Positions 36,964 through 49,968 of a stretch of DNA of 62,655 nt are shown one piece after another. Each line of letters opens with the position of its first letter. Position 1 is the stretch's first letter. Origin of the DNA: Callorhinchus milii (Eukaryota); assembly GCF_018977255.1 (NCBI RefSeq), contig NW_024705204.1, positions 1 to 62,655 of the forward strand. Direction: 5' to 3'. Both the position numbers and the translations under genes were made by a program. A model generated the notes under the pieces. That model saw only the letters and a list, made by a program, of their open reading frames with translations. It was not told the DNA's origin and searched no databases.

Positions 36964-39900
36964 CCTCTCAAAAGAAATTTGTTTCAAATATATGGAGTAT
37001 GTTGCTAGGCAGACAAAATAGCAGTCATTTTACACCAGCAGCGACCTGTAAATAGAAACGAGAGTGATATAAGGCAGGGTATTTAGGAGACATGCCCCCG
37101 CCCACCCCGCACCCCCCTCCAGTCACCATGAACACACACATAAACATATAAATTGTCAACTCCGTGAAATGCTAATAGAGTAAATGTCAACCCAGATGCA
37201 ATTATCAGATAGAATGTACTTATTTTAATGATTTCTTGCAAAACGAAAGGAAAATCTAGAGTAAGTGCTAATTATTATTACAATACTACAACATTACAAT
37301 GTAACATGATGCAACTCATCATTCTGAAAACAACACTCTGAATTTCCAAAGTAAGCATTAATCTGGAATTTTACACAATTCAACTCGAATTTAAATGCTT
37401 AGAGAGAAATGGTCTTGAGTGTTAAGAGGTGGAATTTTGGCCTTAGGTTGTTATTTTATTGATAGACCTTTATGGCCATTAGCAGAAACAATGCTTGCCT
37501 TCCCTACCTATAAAACAGGCCTCAGAAACAAGGTTGATCTAGCCAGATCTCTTGCTAAATCTATCATCTTAGCATTTCAACTCACATTCTCAGCGCTGCT
37601 TTGGGATACATCACTGGGGAACTAACTGAGACATTCACTGTCATGTCATAACCAAGCTCCAATGTGAGCAAATTATATTTATTCCCCCAAAGAGTTACCT
37701 GAATCAAAGTCAAACGAGACATTTTGGAAGTACCTGGTGCTACTGTAATAGAAGCGTTTGGATTCTGCTTACCAGATCTTCTCCACCCTCGCTCGAAGTC
37801 CACACTTCTAGTGCAGAATCTGCCATAAAGTCCAATTGAAGGTCTCAGTTGCATTGAGCAGCAATGTAACAAGTGGTGTGTGGGACAACTGGCGACAGAC
37901 AGCAACTGGTGACAGACACTCCCCCCCTTCCCCCCATTCCCCTACTCCCCCAGGGCAATGAAGAGGTTGGTTTGTTTCACCAGAGATTAATAATGATGAT
38001 CATAATCCTTGCATTTGATATAATGCCTCACAGATTATACTACCAAGTGAATTGACTGTATGTTTTGGGGGCGAACCGAGGCAGCCAATTGTGCGCATCA
38101 GTATCCAGCAAACAGTTGTGGATTGAGTGTCCAATTTATTTTTCTTATTCTTATTATTGCAGAGGGATAATTACCCCCTGAAAAGCGATCAGCATATCGA
38201 TTATTATTAACCAGGTTCCTAATTACTGCTAGTGAAACAGAGGCATGTGGAATAAGGAAACTTGCTCAACGTTTTGCCATGGCCGGTCCTCTCATCTGCG
38301 AGGCAAGTGCTCCAGCCTCTAAGCTACAGGACTCCAGCCTTGAATCTCAGCCTTGAATCAGAGGAAGCAGTGCTTTTATTGGTTGAGCACACTGGTGGAC
38401 TGGGGAGAAACTGGGTTCTTTTGAGAAACGTCCAGGAAAAAACAGTCCGTTTTCTGAAAACTAACAATCTCTTCTCTTAAGCACAAATCCGGATTACAGA
38501 CTCTCCTATCGCTTACTGCACAAGAAACACAGGAAGATGAAGATCCATCTTGTCCGCCTGCTACCACCCTGGTCATCACATGCGGCAATAATAGAGATAT
38601 TATTAGCAATTAATTCTGTATGGATTAATGGACCATCACAGTGGGAAGCTTTGGGAAACTTAGATCCCAAATTCCATAGTTCTTCCAAGCGTACTACATT
38701 TGTAACGTCTCAAATTACTCGTATACTGTATAAAAGTAGCACTGATAAATTCACCCCATTCTGGCTCTTGTGAAACAACTATGCATTAAGCAGAGGTATA
38801 TAAGGATCTCCCCCACCCACACCCCCCATCAACACACTTCCATTACAATCTGTTTTATTTAGCTCCTTCAGATACATTTTCGTGTGTGATACTTTTACGC
38901 TCGGGGAGTGCAATTTGTCACTGTTTCCTTTGACGTACTGCTTAAAAAAAAGCAAACTGACTGCTCATTAAGTGAAAGACTGTCTTAGAACTGGATGTAT
39001 TCTTGGGAAATAAAAAAACAAAGTAAAAGCGTGACGCAACAGCAAAGGAAACGTTTTATACTGTTGCTCTTTTGTTGCAGTAGAGAACACAAGACAATGG
39101 ATCCACTTTGGACTGAATTTGGTGGAAAATTATTATTCAAGGAAAGGTTGATTTATGACTTAACGTGGCTTACTGGGGGCAAAGATGTACAGCCAAACCT
39201 GTTCAAGAAACCACCTCCATTCAGCAATCACCCCCTGTTAATAGTAAAACTTTCATTGTATTTTGTCCGGCAGAGGATAGGAGGATTTTGGATAGAGATG
39301 TTCCAGAAAGCAGTGAAGGAGAATGGGGGATGGTATCATGGATAGATAGATGGTTAAATTGACTGATTGATTGGTGCATGAATTTGTCACCTCCTGCTTG
39401 GATTACTCCAACACACTCCTTACCGGTCTCCCCACAACACCATTCACAAGGTCCAACTCATTCAAAGCTCTATGGCCCCAATACTGACCCGGACTAAATT
39501 CCGTACCCAAATCTCACTGGTTCTGGCCAAGATCCACTGCCTCCTCATCACTGAAAGAATCGACTTCAAGATCCTCAAAATCATATTCAATTCCATTCAC
39601 TCCCTGGAACCTCCCTCCCTCTTCGACTACCTCACTCCCCGCCTCTGCTCGACGGGCAGCGGCTTCCTGCTCATCCCACGCACCCTACGACCCATCATTG
39701 GATGTCGCACTTTCAGCCACTGAACCCCAAAAACTCTGGAACACTCTCCCTCAATTTCTCGGCCTTCCCCCCCCCCCCCCCCCCCGCCCACTCCTTCTCC
39801 CCTCTTGCAATATGTAGGTATTGAGGGATTTGGAAAAAAAATTAACAAAATGGCAGAGCAGTTTCATGGGCTGAAATGGCCATCTCGTGTTCCTTCGGAT

Positions 39901-42900
39901 TCTGAGGAACAAACTGATTTGTACTGAACAAAAGGCAACTTTCAGATTTGTGTGTGAGTACATCTGAAAACTGGGCTGCGTTGCTGTGAATTGTATCAAT
40001 ATAGTTTTCCTGTGATTGCTTTCTCTTTCAAAGCAACAAAATTATCAACCAAAATAGAAGTGCGTTGTTTGTGCTTAGATCAACATTTCTCGAATGCAGC
40101 GCTGGCAATTTCTCCCTCCCTCTCTCCCCGTCACTCCTAATGTATCGGGACTTTGACCTCACGTACACTTCAGTGCTGTGCTTGCCATGTCAACCCGTCC
40201 GCTCCCTCTACTCCACAGCCTCCGGGCCTTCAGCCACTCTGACCCCAACGTTTGGAATGTGACAAAAAATTGCAATTGTGTAGTGCCTTTCAAGCCGGGA
40301 GGACGCCCCAAGGTAGTGGACAGTAGGTGTTTCGGTCCGGAGCTGGGGGTTGTGGTCGGGGGCCAGTGAAGGGTGGGTGGGGGTGAGGGGGACGGGGGGT
40401 GGGGTTAACAACAACAACAAAATGAGATTTACAGAGCGCCTTTCACGTCGGGAGGACGTCCCAAAGCGCTGAACAGTCAGGTGTCGAGGCCCGAGCATGG
40501 GGGAGGGGTGGTATAGGAGTGAGGGAAGGCAGAGAGGTGGGAGGGAGACCAAAGGCACGGACGAAGAGAAGGGTCTTGAGACTGGCCTTGAAGGAAGCGC
40601 GGGAGGAAGCGAGGCAAAGGTACCATGGGATGGGGTTCCAGAGTGTGGGGGCAAAGAGGCTTAAAGTCTGGCCACTGTAGGGCGGGTCAGGCGGGAGACA
40701 CGGAGCAGGCCAGAGCCCGCTGAATGGAGGGAGAGGGCAGATTGGTAGGGAGTCAGCAGGTCAGAGAGGTAGGAGGGGGCAAGGCCATGGATGGCCTTAA
40801 ATGTGAGGACGAGGATCGTGATGTGACGAATGTGTGGGTGAGGGTTTCGGCAGCCTGAGGGGTGAGGCAGTGGCGGAGTCTGGCAATGTTGCAGAGGTGG
40901 TGGTAGGCAGTGCCGGTCATGGCGCGGATGTGGGGAAGAAAGGAAAGTTCAGGCACGTTCGAAGAGGAGGGTCTTGAGATGGGTCTTGAAGGAGGCAAGG
41001 GAGGGGGTGCATCTCAAGATACATCTCAAGACCCTCCTCTTCGACCGCACCTTTGGTCACCCTCCTGTACCTAGCCTCCCTGCCCTCCACCCCTCCTGAT
41101 CCAAATCCCTCTGCTCGGGTCCAAATCTATGATTGTCCAAAGCCTTAGGACATCCTCCCAATGTGAAAGGCGCTGTGTAAATATAATTTCTTGTTGTTGT
41201 TGGGAGGTGTGCTGCATTGTTGGAGGCTTCTTCACTCAGATGAAATGTTATCTCGAGCTCCCCAACTACCTGTTCAGACAGATGTCCAAAATCTTATGGC
41301 ACTGGTTGAAAAGAATTTCTTTTCCCAGTGTCGCAGTGACAACTCCCCGATGAAATGGGTCACCTTCTTCATGGCTTTTGTGGATGTTGCTGTGCACATT
41401 TTAGCTGTCGTATTCACCGACAAACACAGTCACTCTACATTAATGTAAATTCGCAAAGTACATTGAGATGTTGCCCTAATGTGAAAGGCACTGCATCAAA
41501 TGTAAGGATCATATTCATTTACATTTTACATATTTTTTGATCATATTATATTGATGTTTGCCCACAAAATATACCATTTATTTGCTTCATAGTATGCTCT
41601 GTGAAGCGCTTTGAGACATCTCAAAGACGTGATAAGTCGCTATATCAAATGGAAAGATTATTATTATCTTCATTGGCTGTTTGTGGAATATTTCTGAGCG
41701 GCTCTTTGCATTATGAGATGCCACAAGTGTACCAGCAGATGGCTCCATTGCTTTGCTTAAACCGTTCGTCATCTGCTTTCACTAAGGGTTCAACCCAACC
41801 TGCCAGTGTTGGCACTGGCAGGTTGCAGACGAGGAGTCTCTCACAATCTGTAGGTGGAGGATCCCTGGAGGGAAGTGCAGAAGTTTGGAGCAAGGAGGTT
41901 GATCCATCCAGTTAAACAGTTGGAGGGATAAGCTGTGAAGAATGATTAGGTAACCTGGGACTCAGACTCAGAATCCAAATGAAAACCATCTCATTTGTTA
42001 GGGCATGGGCCTCGCTTGCAGCCGAGCCTCCACCCAGAAACTAAGTTCAATCTTAACAAACCAAAATAGCGGATTTATTAAACATACAAATAATGTTGGT
42101 TATACAGAATTAATGCAGTATAAAGTAACAGCAATCCTACCAGTCCTTCTGCCCTGGAGAGACCTCTAAAGACCACCCCCTTTGCCCAAGCTTACATATC
42201 TTTTTTCTTTCCTTTCTGCCTTATTTGGGCTTGTTTCTCACTGTTCTAGTCCCCCGCCCCAACCGCCCTACCATCGATGGCCGGACCTTCAGCCTCTCAA
42301 CCCCGAGGCTCTGGAACTCCATCCCCCAGTGCCTTCGCCGCCTCCTCCCTTTCCTCCTTCAAGGCCGGTCTCAAGTCCTTTATCTTTGACCGAGCCTTCA
42401 GCTCCCCTCTCGACTCTCTACCCCCTCCTCGCTCCCTCCCTTCCCTCCCCTCACCCTGACCATTTCCCCTTTGCTCGGGTCCTGACCCAACTGTACAGCG
42501 CCTTGGGACGTCCTCCCGACGTGAAAGGCGCTCTATAAATGGAATCTTGTTGTTGTTGTTGTTGATGTACCTGTCCTGGCACCCTCAAATATTTACTTAT
42601 ATGAACGCCCAGGTCTCTCTCTAACGTTCTACCATCGGCTTATATCGCCTCTCCTCATTCTTCCTCCCAAAATGCAACGGTTCGCATTTCTCCACATTAA
42701 ACTGAATCTCCCAACGTGTTTGCCTATTTTATCAGTCGCTGGAGCCAGAGGAACGGAGCGTACAGGCAGATAGGTAGAGGGATAGTAGGTCGGAGAGGTA
42801 GGAGGGAGCGAGACCGTGAATGGCCTTGTAGGTGAGGATGAGGATCTTGAAATCGATCCTGTGGGGGATGGGGAGCCAGTGGAGGTGAGCGAGGGTGGGA

Positions 42901-42929
42901 GTGATGTGGTCCCGAAGCCTGGTGCGGGA

Positions 42930-43562
42930 GATGAATATTTTAAAAAAGCGTACGGTATGATAGGCTTTATGAATATGGGCACAGAATACAAAAGTCAGGA
43001 TGTTATGGTGAACCTTTTCAAAACACTGGTTAGGTCTCAGTGAGAGACGGTGTTCAGTTCTGGGCACCACACTTTAGGAAGGATGTCAAGGCATTGAAAG
43101 GGTGCAAAGGAGATTGACCAGGAAGGTTCCAGGAATGAGAGACTTCAGGTATCAGGAAAGGTGAGAGAAGCTAAATTTATTCTCCTTGGAACGGACAAGT
43201 TAAGAGTAGACTTAATTTTCAAAATTATGATGGGATTCGATAGGGTGAACAAGGGGAAACTATTTCCACTGGCGGGTGGGTGGGTCACCCGAGGACACCG
43301 ATTTAAAATATTTAAGTGAAACAGAGGGGAAGTTTCTTCACACAGCGGATTGTTGAGATCTGGAATCCATTGCCTGAATGCGTGTGGAAGCCGATTCGAT
43401 AACAGCTTTTAGGAGAGAAGTAGATAAATATTTGGGGAGGACAAGTTTGCAGGGCTATGGGCAGAGAGCGGAGGAATGGGATTGATTTGGATAGATCTTT
43501 TCAAACAGCTGGCACAGACATGATGGGCCAAATGGCCTTCTTATGCGCTGTATGATCCTAGA
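42930..43562 (+). mobile_element. CR1 LINE 3' fragment
   Basis: KKAYGMIGFMNMGTEYKSQDVMVNLFKTLVR... and a CR1 3' UTR. Similar fragments at about 21290-21610, 26880-27190, 49305-49560, 50105-50240 and 26205-26390 (minus). Confidence 0.85.
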
Positions 43563-44691
43563 AGCTTTCGCAATTAGTTCTGTATTTGTGCCTCATTAAC
43601 ACTCTTTATTGGGCAATATCGGTGAATCAGATGGATGGGTAGACAAGAATATAGAATAGGTTATTGGTAGTGAAAGGTGAAAGGGTTTGACGATAAAATG
43701 GATCGTAATAATAATCCTTCCTTTTGATATAGAACCTTATCACGGTTTTGGTGCCTCTCGAAATACTTCGCAGAATATAATGTAAAGCGAATTGACTATA
43801 ACTCGTGATCGAAAATTTTCGGATTGAAATGTGCCCGTTTAGGATGTGAATGTAATGTAAAATGATTGGAGGAGTCTCAAAACGCCTACAGCAATGAGAG
43901 AGACAAGATAATGAGGCGGGGCTAAAAGATGACCTCTCAAATGCATCACTTCTACATTTACTTCTCTAGTGTCAGAAGGTGTCAAGAGGAACAGGACGTG
44001 AACACTGTTTTGTGGTGTCTGAACATTATGGGATTGGAACATGTTCTCTTCCCAGTCATCACAATCTCTCTATTTGGTTAGTTAATCTATTTATGTGATC
44101 CGTCAGGCTATACAGTCAAGACTCGACTAGCACCAACATTCACATGGGTCATCTCCAACCCCAATCTCAGTCAATACACTTTACAGAATATTCTATGAAG
44201 CACAATGAGACACTTCAGTGACATGATGAAGAGCTGTACCAAATGCAATGATTGTATTTTTTGTTTTCTTAATATTGTAAATTAATTTTCTGATGATGTT
44301 AATTAAGTTGGTGCCCCTCTCTTGAGTAACTGGTAACTTGGTGGAAATTATTTTTACTGTTGACCCTCTGGTAAAGATTTCATATGCTTTTGCCTCTTTG
44401 ATCTCTTGTTTTGTTTTGTATCTCAGGATGGGATGGATGGGCAGAAAGGAAATGCAGAACAGCCTATTGGTGGTGATAATGAAAGAAATGAGGTTTTGAT
44501 GATCAAACAAATCATAATAATAATAATTCTTGTATTTGATAGAATGCCTTATCACATTGTTGAGAAGTCTCAAAGTGCTTCACAGTATATATTGTAAAGT
44601 GAATTGACTGGATATTGTAGATGAAATTCTGACGCCTATTGCATTTTTTATTAATTGTTCAAACACTGAACAACACATTTTGTTTCTGTAG

Positions 44692-44986
44692 GTATCAGTG
44701 CTGGGGATTCGGTGAGGCAGAGCCCGAGAGCAGTGTGGCGTTTGGAAACAGTCTCAGTTAACATCAGCTGTGATGCCTCAACAACTGCCGACAGCATTTC
44801 GATGCTGCTGTTTCGCCATCGACGTGGTGAACGGCCCGCTTTTCTCATCCAAAGGCATTCCTACGGGAAGGATATAAGTGAGGAACGCTTCTCTGTCCGG
44901 ATGGATTCTTCGAAGAAAAGTTTCATTTTCAGCATCGCTGACCTCCAGCTGAGTGACAGCACTATTTATTTTTGCGCACTGAAGCC
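44692..44986 (+). pseudogene. TCR alpha/delta-type V segment V1 (open frame, conserved Trp replaced by Leu)
   Basis: GISAGDSVRQSP...VNISC...SMLLFRH...RFSV...LQLSDSTIYFCALKP. Candidate leader 44384-44426 has an in-frame TGA and a GA donor. Confidence 0.85.
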
Positions 44987-45024
44987 CACAGCAAAGGCAT
45001 CCCCGAGAGAACCGTACAAAAACT
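44987..45024 (+). promoter_or_regulatory. RSS of V1 (22-bp spacer)
   Basis: CACAGCA + 22 nt + ACAAAAACT. Confidence 0.85.
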
Positions 45025-45338
45025 GCTGTGGGGGTATGTAGCCCATTGGTTAGATGCTCGCCTCGAAAGCGGCAGGATGTGGGTTGGATTCCTGGGCAGG
45101 ACAACATCCGAGGCAAGTTTCCTTACTTCACACATCTCTGTTACCTTGCAGTAAGTGTGAACCCGGTTACTATTAAATTGGTGGATCACTTTCCCACGGG
45201 TAATAATCCCTTAAAAAATGTAAAAAAAATAGAAAAAAATGTACGCCCACTTCACGACTGGTTGTGTGACAACTGTGCACAATTCGCTGTTCATTTCGCC
45301 CACGATATACACAGTTAATTCACTTTACAGTGTATTCT

Positions 45339-45645
45339 GTAGCTCGGTGGTTAGAGCACTCGCCTTGCAAGCGAGAGACCTGGGTTCGATTCCCAGCAGA
45401 GTGAAACCTTGGGCAAGTTTCCTTGCTCCACATGCCCGATAATAATCCCTCCAAAAAAAGAACATTAATAATTTGGCCACTTAGGGTTAGGGTTAGGGTG
45501 GGACGCTGCTGTGCGCATTTGGTGCCACGTTTTGCCCACAAGTATACAGTCAATTCACTTTACAGTCTATTCTGTGAAGCGCTTTGAGACGTCGAGAAGA
45601 CGTGAAAAGCGCAATATCAAATGCAAGAAATATTATTATTATTAT
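45339..45645 (+). mobile_element. tRNA-derived SINE
   Basis: TAGCTCGGTGGTTAGAGC...GGTTCGATTCC head, same tail. Confidence 0.85.
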
Positions 45646-46395
45646 TCTGTGAAGCGCTTTGAAGTTGGGGAGCAAGTATAAGCAGAGATATATCACAGTA
45701 AGAGCCATGAATAAGATTGTTATCGAATGTTCCAGTGAAGCACAGACAATACGAGGAACGAGCATGAGACTAATGTATTGTAATAATAATAATAATCCTT
45801 GCATTTGATATAGCGCTTTTCACATCTTGTAGACGACTCAAAGTGCTTCACAGAATAGACTGTAAAGTGAATTAACTGTATATTTGTGGACGAAATGCGG
45901 CAACCAATTGCGCACAGCAGCGTCCCACAAACAGTAATGGATTGAGTGACCAAATCATAATTTTTTTAAACTTCCAATGGAGGAGATTGGACCAGGAAGG
46001 GTGAGATGGGCCGAAAACAATCTGCTGTCAAATAACTCCAAGTCTACACGTACTGTAGCTGCAATCCACCAGCAGATGGTACACTGAAGACCTCTTTAGA
46101 TCTTTTTTTGGGACATCCTCCCGACATGAAAGGCACTGTACAAATGTAATCTTGAAATCTTGTTTAAAGACACAAATAACATGAGCCGTAACTCACGTAA
46201 CTTGCCACGTTCCTTTCTGCTACTAACTTCCTTGGCAGAAAGAACAGGTGCTTCCTTTTGCCGTTGACATTGGTTGCCCCCTATACGCTGTTGTTGCTTC
46301 AGCTGAAATGTTTAAAGATTTGTCTAAAGTACGATAACACAAGGCTAAAGAGGCAATTTCTGTGTCACTTGTTATATATTATTTTCTCTCTGCCA

Positions 46396-46498
46396 ATAAG
46401 TAGTGGACCTCCCTGGGTTAGATAAGTAGTGGACCTCCCTGGGTTAGATAAGTAGTGGACCTCCCTGGGTTAGATAAGTAGTGGACCTCCCTGGGTTA
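46396..46498 (+). repeat. 26-bp tandem repeat, 4 copies
   Basis: ATAAGTAGTGGACCTCCCTGGGTTAG x4, no spacers. Confidence 0.95.
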
Positions 46499-47569
46499 AA
46501 TGGGTTAGATTTTGTAAATGGTAACAGTTCCTGCTTGGCCAAGAAATGGCACTTGGTTTGATTTGGGAAGGAAATAAAAACTGACCTCGTTTAATTTAAT
46601 TTAGGGATTGGAGAACTATCTTAATCAGACGCTTCCTGCATTGGAAGCAATTCCAAATAGCACTAAATAACAAATATAATAATAATAATAATCCTTACCT
46701 TTGATACATCGCCTTTCACCTTGGAGGTGGTAGCAAAGCATTTAATATGAGTTTGGGTAAAAAAAAAAGCGACTGTATTTTGAATTTCAGTCCAGGCGGT
46801 TTGCTCAATGTGCCGGACTTGGGTCCTGAACCAACAACTCGTAAGAGAAATAATAATAATAATAATAATCCTTGCATTTGATACAGCACTTTTCATGTCT
46901 TCTCGACGTCTCAAAGCGCTTCACAGAATATGCTGTAAAGTGAATTGACTGCATATTTGTGTGCGAACGAAAGTACCACCAACAGAGGCAGGTTGGTGCC
47001 TCATCCTTTATGATAGAAAGTAAACCTTTATTCCTTTAGGCTAGAATGCATAGTTCCACGATTCACCAATTAAATCCATAGACTACACCAACTCTCTCTC
47101 ACTGTATGACGTGCCCCTTCCCTTCACAAATTGTAGACTATACAGAAATCTGTTTTCTGTGTTGTGACTGCACATGATTCCGCGAGTCTTTGCTCCCATC
47201 CTCGCCCGGATCCACTGGCTTCCAATCCCCAGCAGATCGAGTTCGAGACCTTCAGCCTTATCTTTACATCCTTCCATAATATTACCCCATCCTACCTCTG
47301 TGGTATCCTTGAAATCTACAAATCTCGACATCTTCCTGCCAAGCTTGTCACCAATCCGAATTAGCTCGAAGGGGACTTACATTCCCCCCTCCCTCCCCCA
47401 GAGGATAAAGTGTGATACGTTAGTTTCCTCCCATATTGACCAGGTGATGTCCATGTCGCTCGATAAGGAAATAAGATCACAGCGATAAAGTGTCATCTGA
47501 CTCAGAGCTTTATGTCCCAGATCACCACCAACATCTTACCAACATCAGGACACAGCTGTGGAGTCAGTG

Positions 47570-47621
47570 ATGGGGTTGTGGGGAGACAGTGCGTGTCTGG
47601 GTCTGGCTGCCATTTTAATAG
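47570..47621 (+). CDS. Leader exon of V2
   Basis: MGLWGDSACLGLAAILI then G|GTAATC, phase 1. Confidence 0.85.
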
Positions 47622-48112
47622 GTAATCCGTGGTAACAATAGTAAACGATTCAATCAATTTTCAAATTCATTTCATTGAGTTGGTTTCTCTTTTCTCCTCC
47701 TTATGTTTACCATAAAAAAATGATCGTTGCTTTTGGTGTAGCGCTTCAATTCGTCTTTGGGACGTCCCCAAGCGCTTTACAGGACACATTGCAAACTGCA
47801 GTGACTGTGTATGTTAGGAACAATGTGGCAGCCAATTGCACACTACAGTGTCCCACAAACAATCGTGGATTGACTGACCAATTTTTAAAATATATATTAT
47901 TTTCTTTTTGAACGGATTATTATCCCCGGAAAAGCGATCTGCCTATCGAGAAGCGACTGCGATCCTACTTACCTCGAGGTAAACAGAGGTGTTTGTAATA
48001 AACAAACTTGCCTGAGGTCTCACCCCGCCAGAGAATCGAACCCCAGACCCCTCACTTGCGAGGCGAGTGCTCCGACCACTGAGCAACAGAACTCCACGTT
48101 CTTGTCTTTCAG

Positions 48113-48420
48113 GCCTGACCCACGGGGATTCTGTCAGGGAGAAGGTGGCTTCAGTGACTGAAAAAGAAGGAGGAAGTGTGACCATGGAATGTCATTATTC
48201 TACATCTCTGATCGACCACTATTTACAATGGTACCGAGAACAGAAAGAAACACCGCCACGGTATGTCATTGAAAAGCATTCTGGTGGTGCGACCTATAAA
48301 GCAGACTTTGCTGAAAAGCGGTTCGCTGTTGAGCTCCAGACCTTGACAAAATCCAGCAGTTTGACTATCACTCAATTGGAGCTGTCTGACAGCGCTGTGT
48401 ATTACTGTGCTCTGAAACCA
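48113..48420 (+). CDS. TCR alpha/delta-type V segment V2, apparently functional
   Basis: GLTHGDSVREKVASVTEKEGGSVTMEC...WYREQ...KRFAV...LELSDSAVYYCALKP, with both Cys, the Trp, acceptor, leader and RSS intact. Confidence 0.93.
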
Positions 48421-48459
48421 CACAGTGCTGAGAACCAGTCTGAGACTCGTACACAAACT
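48421..48459 (+). promoter_or_regulatory. 23-RSS of V2
   Basis: CACAGTG + 23 nt + ACACAAACT. Confidence 0.95.
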
Positions 48460-49622
48460 GGCCGTGTTTAGCAGGTGTGCGCTTGGCTGGCAGCAGCGCT
48501 ATCTGGTAGGAAGGGAGACCAGACAAAGAAAACAACACATTGCAGCACATCTGACTGCTACAGAAACCCTCAATGATCCCATGAGCGAAGCACTCATAAC
48601 CCTGGTAAATAATTAGTCGTCTCAAATCGCTTCAAAGTATATCCCGTATCTTTTGTGGGCCAAACGCAGGAGCCAATTGCGCACAGCAGTGTCAAGTTAT
48701 GGACTGGATGACCATCTTATTTTTATTATGTTTTATTTATTAATTAATTTATTTTTTGGAGGGATTATTACCCCCAGAAATTAATCGCCAATCAAATAAC
48801 AACCGGGTTCCTAATTACTACTTGGTAAACAGAGGCGCACCCATGTTGTGGAGTAAGGAAACTTGACCAAAGGTATTGACCAAAGGTATTGCTGTTATTG
48901 TCTAAATATGCAAAGATCACATGAAATAAAATAAATGCAATGAAAATCGTTCATTGGAAAGTGTTTCTTTTCACATGGCTGTTTCACCCTTTTCAGAAAT
49001 AGACTTTTGGAACGGAACGAGCACTCTCTTCCTAGAAGAACCTATGCCGTTTACCTAATTCTGGAAAGCGTTACGCACATGTTGGCGAGAGCCAAGACTT
49101 AGGGACCCCAGAGTGAGCATTGGGGTAACTGCTGGAGTCTAACCAGCTAATGTGATATAGCTTACAAATCCACATTGCTGTCTGGCAAGTTTTCTCATTG
49201 TTTGTCCAGCTAACACCATCCAACCTGTTAAGGTTTTGACTTATAAGGTTAGCAGCAGCTCATTGGGATGCCTCCTTCTCCCCCAATGACTATTCTGCCC
49301 TTCCAGTGCCGGTTGGGGTCGGTAACCCGAGGGCACAATTTAAAATAGTTCCTTACAGAAACAGAGGAAATGTGGGGAGAATCTTTTTCACACAGCGAGT
49401 TGTCGACATCTGGAATCCATTACCTAAAAGGCTGGTGGATGCCGATCGATGACAACTTTTAAGAGAGAAGTAGACGTATATTTGGGGAGGACAAGTTTGC
49501 AGGGCTGTGGGGAGAGCGCGGGGGAGTGAGCTTGAATTGGACAGCGTTTCTTTCTATGAATTGCATAGAGTTTCTTAAACCTGTTCAATGATAGTTTCTT
49601 TTATTTTAAACATGCATTTCAG

Positions 49623-49929
49623 GTCTGACGCATGGAGATTCTGATACTCAGATCGTGCCTTCAGTCACTCCGACACAAGGAAGACAGATGACTTTGGAGA
49701 GTAACTATGCTGCATCCTTGAGGAGCTATTGTATACATTGCTGCCGTCAACTCTCAGAGAAAGAAACCGAGTATACCCTGCAAATCTGGACCAATTCTTT
49801 CGAAGATAAAGCGAGTTTTGCTCAATTTTGTTTCCTGGTTGTGCTGCAGACCTCGAGAGATGTCACCAGTTTAACTATTTCCACGATACAGCTATCTGAC
49901 TCCGCTACGCATTGCTGTGCAGTCAGCCC
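49623..49929 (+). pseudogene. V segment V3, open frame but invariant residues lost
   Basis: GLTHGDSDTQIVPSVT... paralogous to V2; first Cys changed to Ser, Trp to Cys, YYC to HCC. No leader recognised. Confidence 0.88.
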
Positions 49930-49968
49930 CACAGTCTGGGAAACTAGTTACAGCCTCGTACAAAAACT
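49930..49968 (+). promoter_or_regulatory. 23-RSS of V3
   Basis: CACAGTC + 23 nt + ACAAAAACT. Confidence 0.9.

Noticed and set aside
38480-39150. Plus-strand acceptor-like sites, a CACAGTG at 38637 and V-like peptide scraps
   Set aside because: Multiple stops, no consistent frame and a poor nonamer; cannot be supported by eye.
46396-46498. CRISPR-like 26-bp repeats
   Set aside because: No spacers, no cas genes, vertebrate context.
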